Of a DNA stretch of 64,000 nucleotides, positions 19,575 through 29,124 are shown one piece after another. The notes under the pieces are model-generated. The model was not told the origin of the DNA. It searched no databases and saw only the letters and a program-made list of their open reading frames with translations. The position numbers and the translations under genes were made by a program. Each line of letters starts with the position of its first letter. Position 1 is the first letter of the stretch. The DNA is from an uncultured Clostridia bacterium (GTDB taxonomy: Bacteria; Bacillota; Clostridia; UBA1381), in contig CAKSIJ010000001.1 in NCBI GenBank assembly GCA_934462715.1, forward strand, positions 98,130 to 162,129, given 5' to 3'.

Positions 19575-20798
19575 ATGAACTCAATGATAATAATTGATGA
19601 TGAAGCTTTTTTTCTTAATTCGATAAAAACACTGCTCGACTGGGAATTGTTTGACATATCCTTAAAGGGTGCGTTTACAAATCCTGTTGAAGCTATGGAC
19701 TACATTAAGGAAAAACACGTTGATATAATCATGACCGACATAAAAATGCCGGTTGTTAACGGTATAGATATTGCCCGCTACTGTCACTATAATTCTCCCG
19801 ACACAAAGGTAATCTTTTTAAGCGGATATGAGGATTTTGAGTACGCAAAGCAGGCTATAAACTACAGCGTTTACTCCTACCTCACCAAACCGGTTTCACG
19901 CTCCACTCTTACAAAGCTCTTTTCGGAGCTTAACAACGAGCTGGGCAAAAACAGAATAAAGAACCAGTTTTTAAGCGACGGAGCAAACGATATAATAAGA
20001 AAGCAGTTCATGAGAATAATGTCTGAGGAAAATGCCGACGTGCAGGAAATTGCCGATTCTCTCAACGAGTTCGGAATAGATTTTGACTATAACCAATCGC
20101 ATTTTGCCGTAATTTCAATAAAAATAAGTGATCCGGATGATTACTATAAAACCAAGTGGCACCATAATGACGAACAGCTTATAAAGGCTCTTGAAAATAT
20201 AGTAAACAGCCATCATTACTGCGGCTATTCCGGTCTGACATTTTTCTATAATTCGGGCTTTGACATATTCTTTATTTCAAAGCCGAATATAAATTTCGGA
20301 GAGGTGTCGCAGTTTATAGATAATCTGGTTGTACAGCTTCATGACTTGTTCCGCGAATGTCTGAGAATGAACACCGAAGCTCCTGATGTTTTTATAGCCA
20401 AAAACGCAGATGATCTGAAAGGCTACAACAATACCTTTCTTTCTCTGAAAAAAGAGAATATGACAAAGAATAAAAATCAGATAATGCTTGACGCTAAGGA
20501 ATATATCGACAACCACTATTCTGAAAATATCACACTCGGAATGATTTCAAGCAAATTCGGCTTTAACCAGACCTATTTTTCCAATCAGTTTACAAAGAAT
20601 TTCAACGTGAAATTTTCCGATTATCTCACAAAAATCAGAATGGAGGCTGCAAAGGAGCTTTTGGTAAATTCAGAAACAAAAATATCCTCAATTCCTCAGC
20701 TTGTCGGACTGTCAAGTCTCCCGACTTTCTCTTTATCCTTTAAAAAATATACCGGCTATTCACCGTCGGATTACAAAAACAAATTTGGAAAGATGTAA
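19575..20798 (+). CDS. Two-component response regulator with a CheY-like receiver and an AraC-type HTH output (YesN-like).
   Basis: N-terminal IIIDDE...IIMTDIKMP receiver. C-terminal AraC HTH (ITLGMISSKFGFNQTYFSNQF...SPSDYKNK). RBS AAAGGAG. Confidence 0.85.
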   Translation: MNSMIIIDDEAFFLNSIKTLLDWELFDISLKGAFTNPVEAMDYIKEKHVDIIMTDIKMPVVNGIDIARYCHYNSPDTKVIFLSGYEDFEYAKQAINYSVYSYLTKPVSRSTLTKLFSELNNELGKNRIKNQFLSDGANDIIRKQFMRIMSEENADVQEIADSLNEFGIDFDYNQSHFAVISIKISDPDDYYKTKWHHNDEQLIKALENIVNSHHYCGYSGLTFFYNSGFDIFFISKPNINFGEVSQFIDNLVVQLHDLFRECLRMNTEAPDVFIAKNADDLKGYNNTFLSLKKENMTKNKNQIMLDAKEYIDNHYSENITLGMISSKFGFNQTYFSNQFTKNFNVKFSDYLTKIRMEAAKELLVNSETKISSIPQLVGLSSLPTFSLSFKKYTGYSPSDYKNKFGKM

Positions 20799-20872
20799 AG
20801 CTTTCATTCTTTACACAAATAAATCCCGAACAAATTACTGTCTTTACAGTTAAACCGAAAGGAGCCTACCGC

Positions 20873-22567
20873 ATGAAACACTTTGAAAGCTTTTCAAAGC
20901 ACATACTCTTTAAAAACAAACAAAGCAAGCTTACTCTGTATTATATTAAACATATCATCACAATTATCATTCTGCCGATATTCCTTTTCAATGCTGCATT
21001 TATAACTCTTTTTCTTAATTCTTACAATAACAATCTGAACGGTCAGGTGCGTTCGGTTGCCGAAAAAAATGCAAACATTCTCGATAACGTATTTCACAAT
21101 GTGGATACATATTATAAAACAAGCATTTCTAACAACAGTATTTATTTGCTGTTAAATAATTCGTTTAACGTAAATAACCTATACGGTTCTCAGCCCCCTG
21201 TCACTATCGCATCTAATGCCGCTTACACTCTTAACAATTATCTTAACTGCATAGACTCCGTTTTTCTCTACAGCGAAAAATCAGATTACATATACGGTCT
21301 GTTGGGTCAAACCTCAAAGAAATTTGAAGACTTCGATGACAAAACATGGTATGATGAATACTTGAAAAACAACAGATCGGACTACATTTCTTCTGTGGAA
21401 TACAACGGCATTCCTTATCTGACGTTTTGTTATAATCTGAACAACATCTCCTCCGAGAATCACGGTATACTTGTCATCAGAATTTCACAGGAGGAGCTTT
21501 TACAAAGAATGAAGCTTGTAAATGACAACACAAACACTCTTAAGCTTTGTGCTGACGATACCGGCAATGAGCTGATAAACTACAATCCCGAAAGCTCAAA
21601 AAGCGGTATAGAGTACACCGTACCGCTTGAAAATACAAACGCAACACTTACCTACTCCGCATTATATAAATCAACCCCCGGACAACTGTTCGGAAAGTTT
21701 ACGCTTATTATCCTGTTTGCACTTATATCATTTATTCTGGCAATATTGCTTGCTTTGGCATTTTCTTCAAAGCAGTATAAATCCATAATATCGGTTATAT
21801 CTGAAATTGAGGATCCATACATCAGCGATAAGATGGAAGCCAAAAAGCTTTACAGCCTTATAGAGCAAACCGACACTTCTCACACAATGAATAATTACGA
21901 AAATATGCTGCTAAACAAAATAACGCATTTGAAAAAAGCGCAGCTTGTCGCTCTGCAAACGCAGATCAATCCGCATTTTCTATACAATACTCTTTGCATG
22001 ATTTCCGCTTCTATTATGGCAAATCACGAAGAGGACACCGACGCAGTTAACATGATCGAGCTTTTATCGGTTGTTCTGCGCTATACCCTAAAAACCGAGA
22101 AATATATCGTTCCGATCGACAGCGAAATCAAAGTGTTGAAATCCTACATTGAAATATTGAAGCTGCGGCTTAACAATGCTTTTGACGTTTCCTGGAACGT
22201 CAGCGAAAGCGTCACCTCAAGATGCACACTGAAATCCTTGCTTCAGCCGGTTATAGAAAACGCCGTAGAACACGGAATACAGCCTCTTTTCAGCTCTCGT
22301 CAGGGAGAAATAACCGTTAATATATATGAAGAAAACGATATACTCTATCTAAACGTAACCGACAACGGTGTCGGTATTGATGCTGAAAACCTTGAAAAAA
22401 TAAACAACGATTTAAACTCTGATTCTATATTTACCAATAATAATATCGGTTTGAAAAATGTTGTAAGCAGAATTAAGCTTTTGTTCGGCGATATGGCAGG
22501 GTTCATTATCAAGTCGGAGGGGCTCGGGACAAGCGTTACGATATATCACCCTATTATCAGGGATTGA
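20873..22567 (+). CDS. Sensor histidine kinase, YesM-like (two TM segments, internal His_kinase region, HATPase_c).
   Basis: TM helices flank an extracellular domain. QLVALQTQINPHFLYNTL matches the His_kinase (PF06580) signature. GEITVNIYEEND...NVTDNGVGID is an ATPase domain. Confidence 0.85.
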   Translation: MKHFESFSKHILFKNKQSKLTLYYIKHIITIIILPIFLFNAAFITLFLNSYNNNLNGQVRSVAEKNANILDNVFHNVDTYYKTSISNNSIYLLLNNSFNVNNLYGSQPPVTIASNAAYTLNNYLNCIDSVFLYSEKSDYIYGLLGQTSKKFEDFDDKTWYDEYLKNNRSDYISSVEYNGIPYLTFCYNLNNISSENHGILVIRISQEELLQRMKLVNDNTNTLKLCADDTGNELINYNPESSKSGIEYTVPLENTNATLTYSALYKSTPGQLFGKFTLIILFALISFILAILLALAFSSKQYKSIISVISEIEDPYISDKMEAKKLYSLIEQTDTSHTMNNYENMLLNKITHLKKAQLVALQTQINPHFLYNTLCMISASIMANHEEDTDAVNMIELLSVVLRYTLKTEKYIVPIDSEIKVLKSYIEILKLRLNNAFDVSWNVSESVTSRCTLKSLLQPVIENAVEHGIQPLFSSRQGEITVNIYEENDILYLNVTDNGVGIDAENLEKINNDLNSDSIFTNNNIGLKNVVSRIKLLFGDMAGFIIKSEGLGTSVTIYHPIIRD

Positions 22568-22580
22568 TTTATAAAAAAAC

Positions 22581-22617
22581 TTGCAATAAAATACTTTTTA
22601 TGTTATAATTAGTTATA
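22581..22617 (+). promoter_or_regulatory. Sigma-A-type promoter for the GH36 gene.
   Basis: TTGCAA, a ~17-nt spacer, then TGtTATAAT, ~55 nt upstream of ATG 22670. Confidence 0.4.
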
Positions 22618-22669
22618 CTGATATTGACACAAATTTTAACATGAAAAAAACAATAAGGAGTACAATTTT

Positions 22670-24613
22670 ATGAACACTATCAAGCAAAAGGACAACTACG
22701 GCGGCGAATATTATCTGATTGAAATGCCGGATAAGAGCTTTAAATTCGACTTACCTGTCGAAAAAGTCGAAAACTTCAAGGCATTTTGCGCTTCTTACAT
22801 GAAAGATCCGTTTTTCATGGGAGTAAAATCCGGCGGCATCGTTAATGAAATTCCTTATGAAACGCAGTGGCTCGCAATACTTCACACCGATAATACATAT
22901 TCGCTTTATTACAGCCTTGCGTGCGATAAATTCAGAACCGCATTTCACGGAAACGATGACAGTCTGTGTATTTCCGCAACCACCGGCGACAGCAGTCTGA
23001 CCGGCAATTCTTTTTGTGCCTTTTATAAAATTTCCGGTTCCGACTTTTACGCTCTAACAAAAACAGCCGCAAAAAGCATTTCTGAAAAATACTCATCGGT
23101 CGGTTTGAAATCTGAAAAGGACGATCCGGACTTTATTGATTATTTCGGTTGGTGTACATGGGATTCCTTTTATGATAAGGTATCTCAAAGCGAAATTAAA
23201 AGAGGTCTTGAGTCCTTCAAAAAAGGCGGATTTATTCCAAAGCTGCTGATTCTTGACGACGGCTGGCAAACAACAGCTGAATACAACGCAAGAGGTGAAT
23301 GGAAGCTTTCTGCCTTTACACCGAATGAAAAGTTTAATCATAATCTGATTGAAACAACAAAAATGGCAAAGGACGAATACGGAATCAAAAAATTCTTCGT
23401 TTGGCACGCTATGCTCGGATATTGGGGCGGCGTTGATACCAATTCAGAAGCAATGAAAAAATATAAGCCTGTTTTAAGTAATGCCGTACATACGGACGGA
23501 ATGAAAAACGTCAATCCGTTACGCTGGCAGAGCGAAAACTTTCCTTTCGGCATGATCGACCCGGACAAAGCATATGATTTTTACAATGATTATCATTCAT
23601 ATTTAAAAAGCGAGGGCGTCGACGGAGTAAAAGTTGACGTTCAAGGTTCAATTCCCGCACACGCAGAAAAAAGAGGAAGCCGCTGCGAGCTTGTTAAAAA
23701 GTTCAGAACAGCACTTGAACGCTCGGTAAATGAAAACTTTGGCGGAAACATAATTAACTGTATGTCAAGCAATAACGATACTGTCTATAACTTAAAAAGC
23801 ACAAACATTATGCGCACCTCCGATGATTTCTTCCCTGCGAACCCCAAATCACATTCTGTTCACGTATTCACAAATGCTGTAAACAGCATTTGGCTCAGTG
23901 AATTTACAGGCTGCGACTGGGATATGTTCCAGACTAAGCACAAATTTGCAAGCTTTCACGCAGCCGCAAGAGCGATAAGCGGAGGACCTGTTTATGTTTC
24001 CGACAAGGTTGACGAGCATGATTACAACATAATCTCAAGGCTGACATCTCCGGACGGCAAGATTTTCAGAGCAAAAAACATAGCCCGACCGACGGTTGAC
24101 TGCATATTCTCAAACCCGGCAGAAAACAAAGATTTATTCAAGATTTTCAACACAAACGAATATAACGGAGTTGTCGGAATATTCTCTTTTGATAACGACA
24201 GCGTAAAAAACACAGAAGTATTTCCGACAGATATTGACGGTTATACCGACGGAGAGTATGCGTGCTATAGCTTCAAGAATTGTAAAGCTGTTCACCTTAA
24301 CAGTAAAGAATCCGTCAACGCAGCATTAAGAAAAACCGAATTTGATCTGCTGACCTTTGCAAAAATTTCAGATGGTTTTGCGGTAATCGGTCTGACAAAC
24401 AAATACAACTGCGGCGGTACGTTTGATAAGCTTCAAAAAGCAGACGGCAGTTATTTGATGCACGTCAAGGATTCCGGGGTTCTGTTACTGTACTCGGTTA
24501 AAAAAATAAAATCTGTGATATCCTGTGATGGTGAATTGCCGTTTGTTTCCGAGAACAGCTTTGTAAAAATATTGGTAAAAAATGCCGGCGATATTGAAAT
24601 TGCTTTAACATAA
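22670..24613 (+). CDS. Glycoside hydrolase family 36, raffinose-synthase / Sip1-like subfamily. Predicted intracellular alpha-galactosidase-type enzyme.
   Basis: Hallmark motifs YFGWCTWDSFY and LILDDGWQ. No signal peptide. RBS AAGGAG. Confidence 0.75.
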   Translation: MNTIKQKDNYGGEYYLIEMPDKSFKFDLPVEKVENFKAFCASYMKDPFFMGVKSGGIVNEIPYETQWLAILHTDNTYSLYYSLACDKFRTAFHGNDDSLCISATTGDSSLTGNSFCAFYKISGSDFYALTKTAAKSISEKYSSVGLKSEKDDPDFIDYFGWCTWDSFYDKVSQSEIKRGLESFKKGGFIPKLLILDDGWQTTAEYNARGEWKLSAFTPNEKFNHNLIETTKMAKDEYGIKKFFVWHAMLGYWGGVDTNSEAMKKYKPVLSNAVHTDGMKNVNPLRWQSENFPFGMIDPDKAYDFYNDYHSYLKSEGVDGVKVDVQGSIPAHAEKRGSRCELVKKFRTALERSVNENFGGNIINCMSSNNDTVYNLKSTNIMRTSDDFFPANPKSHSVHVFTNAVNSIWLSEFTGCDWDMFQTKHKFASFHAAARAISGGPVYVSDKVDEHDYNIISRLTSPDGKIFRAKNIARPTVDCIFSNPAENKDLFKIFNTNEYNGVVGIFSFDNDSVKNTEVFPTDIDGYTDGEYACYSFKNCKAVHLNSKESVNAALRKTEFDLLTFAKISDGFAVIGLTNKYNCGGTFDKLQKADGSYLMHVKDSGVLLLYSVKKIKSVISCDGELPFVSENSFVKILVKNAGDIEIALT

Positions 24614-24635
24614 TAAAAACAAAATTAAATACCGA

Positions 24636-24673
24636 AAAAGAGCATATCTCTAAACGCGAGATATGCTCTTTTG
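24636..24673. terminator. Bidirectional rho-independent terminator between the convergent GH36 and mutS2 genes.
   Basis: AAAAGAGCATATCTC-taaacgc-GAGATATGCTCTTTT. 12-bp stem with an A-run before it and a T-run after it. Confidence 0.75.
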
Positions 24674-24674
24674 A

Positions 24675-27056
24675 TTATTTCAATTCAACAATGGTAACTC
24701 CGTCCTCGCCCTCTCCGAATGTACCGAATCTGTAGGATTTCACATATTTATGCTTCTTAAGCATTTGCTGAATACCCTTTTTAAGCACTCCGGTTCCCTT
24801 GCCATGAATCACGGTAACGGGCGATATTGAAGCAAGATAGCAATCGTCCAGAAATTTTTCAACGTTCATTGTCGCTTCTTCGAGGTTTTGTCCTCTGACG
24901 TCTACCGAGGTTGTTGCCTCCATTGATTTTGCGGAAAAGGTATTTGAAGCTTTAACATATTTATCGGCCAGCTGTTTTGATGTTTTGTCCTCTGATTTCA
25001 TCAGATTCGACACATGAACCTCAAGCTTTAATATTCCTGCCTGAACAAGCACCATACCGTTTTTATCGGGCGGTTTTATCACGCTTGCCTCCTGATTATC
25101 CATTGTAACGATTTTGACCGGATCTCCCGACTTTAAATCAGCCGGTATTTTTGTGTAAATCTTTCTCGGTTTTGCCGAGCGTGACATTGCCTTATCTATG
25201 CTGTCCTCTTTCTTTTTCAACTTCTCTCTTGACTCTGCAATTTTTTCCGAAGCATTTTTAAGGCTTCCCTTTTCCTTCATTTTCTCCAGTTCACGGATAA
25301 CTGAATTTGCTTCGTCCCTTGCTTCCATGACTATGATTTTCGCTTCATGGCGTGCCTCGTCAAGTATTCTGGATTTATTCTCTTTTAATTTCTTTCTTTC
25401 ATTTTCAAGCTCCGAGCGCAAGGATTTTATTTCTCTTTTTAATCTCTGCGCATACTCCATTTCAGAGCGCGCCTTTGCTCTCGATTCCTCCAAATCGGTT
25501 ATTACGTCCTCAAATTTAACGTTTTCATCGGATAAAAGCTCGTTTGCCCTGTCAATAATACCCTCGTCAAGTCCCAATCGCCTTGAAATTGCGAAAGCGT
25601 TGGATTTTCCCGGAACTCCTATCATCAGACGATACGTAGGGTTCAGTGTTTCAATGTTAAACTCACACGACGCATTCTCGACGCGTTCGGTAGAAAGAGC
25701 ATAAAGCTTCAGCTCACTGTAGTGGGTTGTCGCAACGGTTTTTGAGCCGTAAAGCTTCAGCCTTTCAAGCACGGATATTGCAAGTGCCGCACCTTCTGTC
25801 GGGTCTGTTCCCGCGCCAAGTTCATCAAACAGGGCAAGGGATTTATCGTTTGCTTTATTTACAATATCTACAATATTTACCATATGTGAAGAAAAGGTTG
25901 ACAAGCTTTGCTCTATGCTTTGCTCATCTCCTATATCGGCATACACATTTTCAAAAACCGCCGCTCTGCTGTTGTCCGCAACCGGGAGATGAAGTCCACA
26001 GGCAGCCATCACCGAAAACAATCCTACCGTTTTTAACGTTACCGTTTTTCCGCCGGTATTCGGTCCGGTAATCACAAGCGTATCAAAATTTTCGCCCAGA
26101 TATATGTCATTTGCAACTACCTTTTCTTTATCTATCAGCGGATGTCTTGCCCTCTTAAATTCAATTATTCCGTCACTGTTCAATATCGGTTCTCTGCCGT
26201 TACAATCAAGCGACAGCTTGCCCTTACAGAATATAAAATCAAGTTCTGTCAGTGTTTCATAATCTGCGAGTATCTCCGATGATCGTTCTCCGACCTCACC
26301 GGTCAGCTCTGCAAGAATTTTCTGTATCTCCTGCTCCTCCTGATTAATCAGCGAACGGATTTCGTTATTCGCCGCAACAACGCTCATAGGCTCGACAAAA
26401 AGTGTAGAACCGCTTGCCGAGGTATCATGAACAATTCCGTTAACCTCTCCCCTGTACTCCGACTTCACCGGAATTACATATCTGTCGGAACGCATTGTCA
26501 CTATCGGATCCTGCAAAAATTTCTTGTAATGCTCCGAATGAATCATAGAATTTAAGGTATCTTTGATTTTTACATTTAAGTTTTTCTGCTTACGTCTGAG
26601 TGCCGAAAGTGTCGCCGATGCGTCATCGGCAATCTCCGTTTCGGATAATATAACAGAGCTTATTCTGTCCTCAAGACCTTTAAGCGAACAAAGCGCACTC
26701 TGCAAACCCGAAAGTATTTCAAGATCGCTGCCCGAATCGCCGATATATGTTTTCATTCTTCTTGCAACATATAATACTCTTGCCGCCGACATAAGCTCTG
26801 TCGGATTCAGAATTGCCCCTATCTGTGTTCTTTTCATTGCACCGCGGATATTCGGAACCGAAAGATTAACCGGCGGATTTCCTTGCCGAAGCATAGCCGC
26901 CACCGCCTCGGTAGTTTCCCTCTGCGCCTTTACCGCTTCCTTTTCCGGCAGCATTTTCATATTTTTTATTCTGTCGATTACCGGCTCTGAGCTTGTATAT
27001 GATGACAGCTGTGCCAATATTTTGTCAAACTCCAGAACCTTATATGTCTTAATCAT
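24675..27056 (-). CDS. mutS2: Endonuclease MutS2 (recombination and DNA strand exchange inhibitor) with a C-terminal Smr domain.
   Basis: ATG at 27056 with RBS AAAGGAG gives MIKTYKVLEFDKIL. Walker A GPNTGGKT. C-terminal Smr domain (VDVRGQNLEEA...VIHGKGTG). The track ORF begins 45 nt further upstream. Confidence 0.9.
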   Translation of the reverse strand: MIKTYKVLEFDKILAQLSSYTSSEPVIDRIKNMKMLPEKEAVKAQRETTEAVAAMLRQGNPPVNLSVPNIRGAMKRTQIGAILNPTELMSAARVLYVARRMKTYIGDSGSDLEILSGLQSALCSLKGLEDRISSVILSETEIADDASATLSALRRKQKNLNVKIKDTLNSMIHSEHYKKFLQDPIVTMRSDRYVIPVKSEYRGEVNGIVHDTSASGSTLFVEPMSVVAANNEIRSLINQEEQEIQKILAELTGEVGERSSEILADYETLTELDFIFCKGKLSLDCNGREPILNSDGIIEFKRARHPLIDKEKVVANDIYLGENFDTLVITGPNTGGKTVTLKTVGLFSVMAACGLHLPVADNSRAAVFENVYADIGDEQSIEQSLSTFSSHMVNIVDIVNKANDKSLALFDELGAGTDPTEGAALAISVLERLKLYGSKTVATTHYSELKLYALSTERVENASCEFNIETLNPTYRLMIGVPGKSNAFAISRRLGLDEGIIDRANELLSDENVKFEDVITDLEESRAKARSEMEYAQRLKREIKSLRSELENERKKLKENKSRILDEARHEAKIIVMEARDEANSVIRELEKMKEKGSLKNASEKIAESREKLKKKEDSIDKAMSRSAKPRKIYTKIPADLKSGDPVKIVTMDNQEASVIKPPDKNGMVLVQAGILKLEVHVSNLMKSEDKTSKQLADKYVKASNTFSAKSMEATTSVDVRGQNLEEATMNVEKFLDDCYLASISPVTVIHGKGTGVLKKGIQQMLKKHKYVKSYRFGTFGEGEDGVTIVELK

Positions 27057-27127
27057 TTTACTTGTAACTCCTTTGATTGAATCTCCGATAACACAGCACA
27101 CTTGCTTTTGATACCGCCACCGACAAA

Positions 27128-28111
27128 TTATTCCGGCTTTTTCTCTCTTGTCATCAAATCCTTTACGGCAGTTACCGGATTTTTTCCGTTGAAAAGTATC
27201 TGATATGCTTCATTTACTATCGGCATAGATACATTATATTTTTTGCTTAATTCATACGCTGCTTTTGCGGTATGAACTCCCTCAACAACCATTTTAACCT
27301 CTTTCATAGCCTCATCAAGGCTCTTTCCCTGACCGAGCAGTATACCGCAGCGGCGGTTTCTGGAATGGATGCTTGTGCAGGTAACTATCAGATCACCTAT
27401 ACCGGAAAGCCCGGCAAAGGTTTCGGCTTTTGCGCCCATTGCTATTCCAAGTCTTTTTATCTCCGCTATTCCTCTTGTCATAAGCGCAGCTTTAGTGTTG
27501 TCGCCGTAACCCATTCCGTCCGATATTCCGGCACAAAGGGCAATGACATTTTTTAAAGCACCGCCAAGCTCGACTCCAACAACGTCATCGGAGTGATATA
27601 CGCGGAAACATTCGCACATAAATGCGTCCTGAATAAAAGAAGTCAAGCTGTCATCATATGACGCAACAACATTTGTTGTCGGCAGTCCGATTCCGACCTC
27701 CTCCGCGTGTGACGGTCCGCTCATTACGGCAATTTGCGCCTGCGGTATTTCCTCAGAATAAACCTCGGACAGCCTTAAAAGGCTTCCGTTTTCCAGTCCC
27801 TTTGAAAGATTAACCATCGGCTGACCGTTCTTTATATGAGCCGATAAATCCTTTGCTGTCTGTCTTGTCGCAAAGCTCGGCACAACGGTTACAATCAGCT
27901 CTTTTTCTTCTGTAGCTTGCGCAAGCTCCGAGGTAAATTTGATTTTATCAGAAAGCTTAACGTTCGGAAGCAGCGGATTAACCTTTGTTTCGGATAATTC
28001 GTCGCTTTCTTCTTTTAAATAGCTCCACAATGTAATTTCGTGACCGTTTTTATCCAGTAGTGCGGCTATTGCCGTTCCGAAGCTTCCCGAGCCTATTACA
28101 CCGATTTTCAT
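27128..28111 (-). CDS. gpsA: NAD(P)H-dependent glycerol-3-phosphate dehydrogenase.
   Basis: MKIGVIGSGSFGTAIAALL Rossmann N-terminus. 327 aa. Confidence 0.9.
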   Translation of the reverse strand: MKIGVIGSGSFGTAIAALLDKNGHEITLWSYLKEESDELSETKVNPLLPNVKLSDKIKFTSELAQATEEKELIVTVVPSFATRQTAKDLSAHIKNGQPMVNLSKGLENGSLLRLSEVYSEEIPQAQIAVMSGPSHAEEVGIGLPTTNVVASYDDSLTSFIQDAFMCECFRVYHSDDVVGVELGGALKNVIALCAGISDGMGYGDNTKAALMTRGIAEIKRLGIAMGAKAETFAGLSGIGDLIVTCTSIHSRNRRCGILLGQGKSLDEAMKEVKMVVEGVHTAKAAYELSKKYNVSMPIVNEAYQILFNGKNPVTAVKDLMTREKKPE

Positions 28112-28301
28112 TTATATCCTCCGTTTCCCTGCCATACAAAACTGCAAAATTCAAATCAAATTTATTTTATAAGGCAAATATACACTTAATTTAAACAAAC
28201 CGCCAAATTCACGGTAAACCTTGCTTTTCAACATTTTTTGTTGTTTTATCTGTACAAAACAACATTTATTTCAAAAAAATTATATTTTTTCAAATAAAGT
28301 G

Positions 28302-28415
28302 TTGACATACGTCAATTTATGTGTTAGAATTATACTGTTAAAAAATTGGATTGCTTTTAGCGTTCATCGATAAAAATCTTACTGAATGACCTGTCGCAAG
28401 ACAGGTCATTTTTCA
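28302..28415 (+). ncRNA. Candidate small-RNA transcription unit in the gpsA-plsY spacer. It has a near-consensus extended -10 promoter and an intrinsic terminator ~80 nt downstream.
   Basis: TTGACA (28302-28307), a 17-nt spacer, then TGtTAGAAT (28322-28330). Terminator hairpin TGACCTGTC-gcaa-GACAGGTCA followed by TTTTTC (28387-28414). No ORF between them. Alternatively the hairpin is simply the plsY terminator. Confidence 0.3.
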
Positions 28416-28417
28416 TC

Positions 28418-29086
28418 TTATTTATTCTTGCCTATGCTTAGCTTATTTTCCTCACCGCTTGCCAATCTGGCAATGTTTGCATGATGTTTAACTACAATCA
28501 GCAGTGCAATAATCACCGCACACAAAAGATACGGCAGGTTAAAAGCTTTAATTGCTGTCATATACACCAACACAGCGCAGACATAAATAACCGCACCCGA
28601 AATTGAACCAAGCGATACATACTTTGTTGTAATCATGATAATCAATGCGGCGAATAGCACTATAAGACCTATTTTCCAGTCAAGCACCGTAACCACTCCG
28701 ATACTTGTTGCAACTCCTTTTCCGCCCTTGAATCCGAAATAGACAGGGAAATCGTGGCCGATAACCGAAAAAACCGCAGCTATATACTTCATTGAGCCTA
28801 AAAGATAACGGCTTTCAAAGGCACTGCCGGCTGCTTCGGGAGATATAACTCTGTCCAAAATAACGCCTATCGTTACGGCAAGAACACCCTTTAACACATC
28901 AACCAAAAGTGTAAATGCCGCTGCTTTTTTTCCGTGAACTCTTAACATATTCGTGGTTCCGGCATTTCCCGACCCCTCATTTCTTATATCATCGCCCCCC
29001 ATACGGTGCGACAATATTATTGCGCCGGATATACTTCCTATAAGATAGGAAACAAGCGCAGTCAAAACAGCTGTAATATAAAGCAT
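28418..29086 (-). CDS. plsY: Glycerol-3-phosphate acyltransferase PlsY (acyl-phosphate dependent).
   Basis: Multi-TM protein of 222 aa with the conserved SGNAGTTN motif. Confidence 0.9.
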   Translation of the reverse strand: MLYITAVLTALVSYLIGSISGAIILSHRMGGDDIRNEGSGNAGTTNMLRVHGKKAAAFTLLVDVLKGVLAVTIGVILDRVISPEAAGSAFESRYLLGSMKYIAAVFSVIGHDFPVYFGFKGGKGVATSIGVVTVLDWKIGLIVLFAALIIMITTKYVSLGSISGAVIYVCAVLVYMTAIKAFNLPYLLCAVIIALLIVVKHHANIARLASGEENKLSIGKNK

Positions 29087-29124
29087 TTTTTCTCTCCGTT
29101 CCGCCGTCTATACGGCATGGTTTT

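Noticed and set aside
28387-28415. Hairpin as solely the plsY terminator
   Set aside because: Not fully rejected. The U-tract is on the opposite strand, which fits a plus-strand terminator better. It is therefore reported as part of a candidate sRNA unit with the alternative stated.
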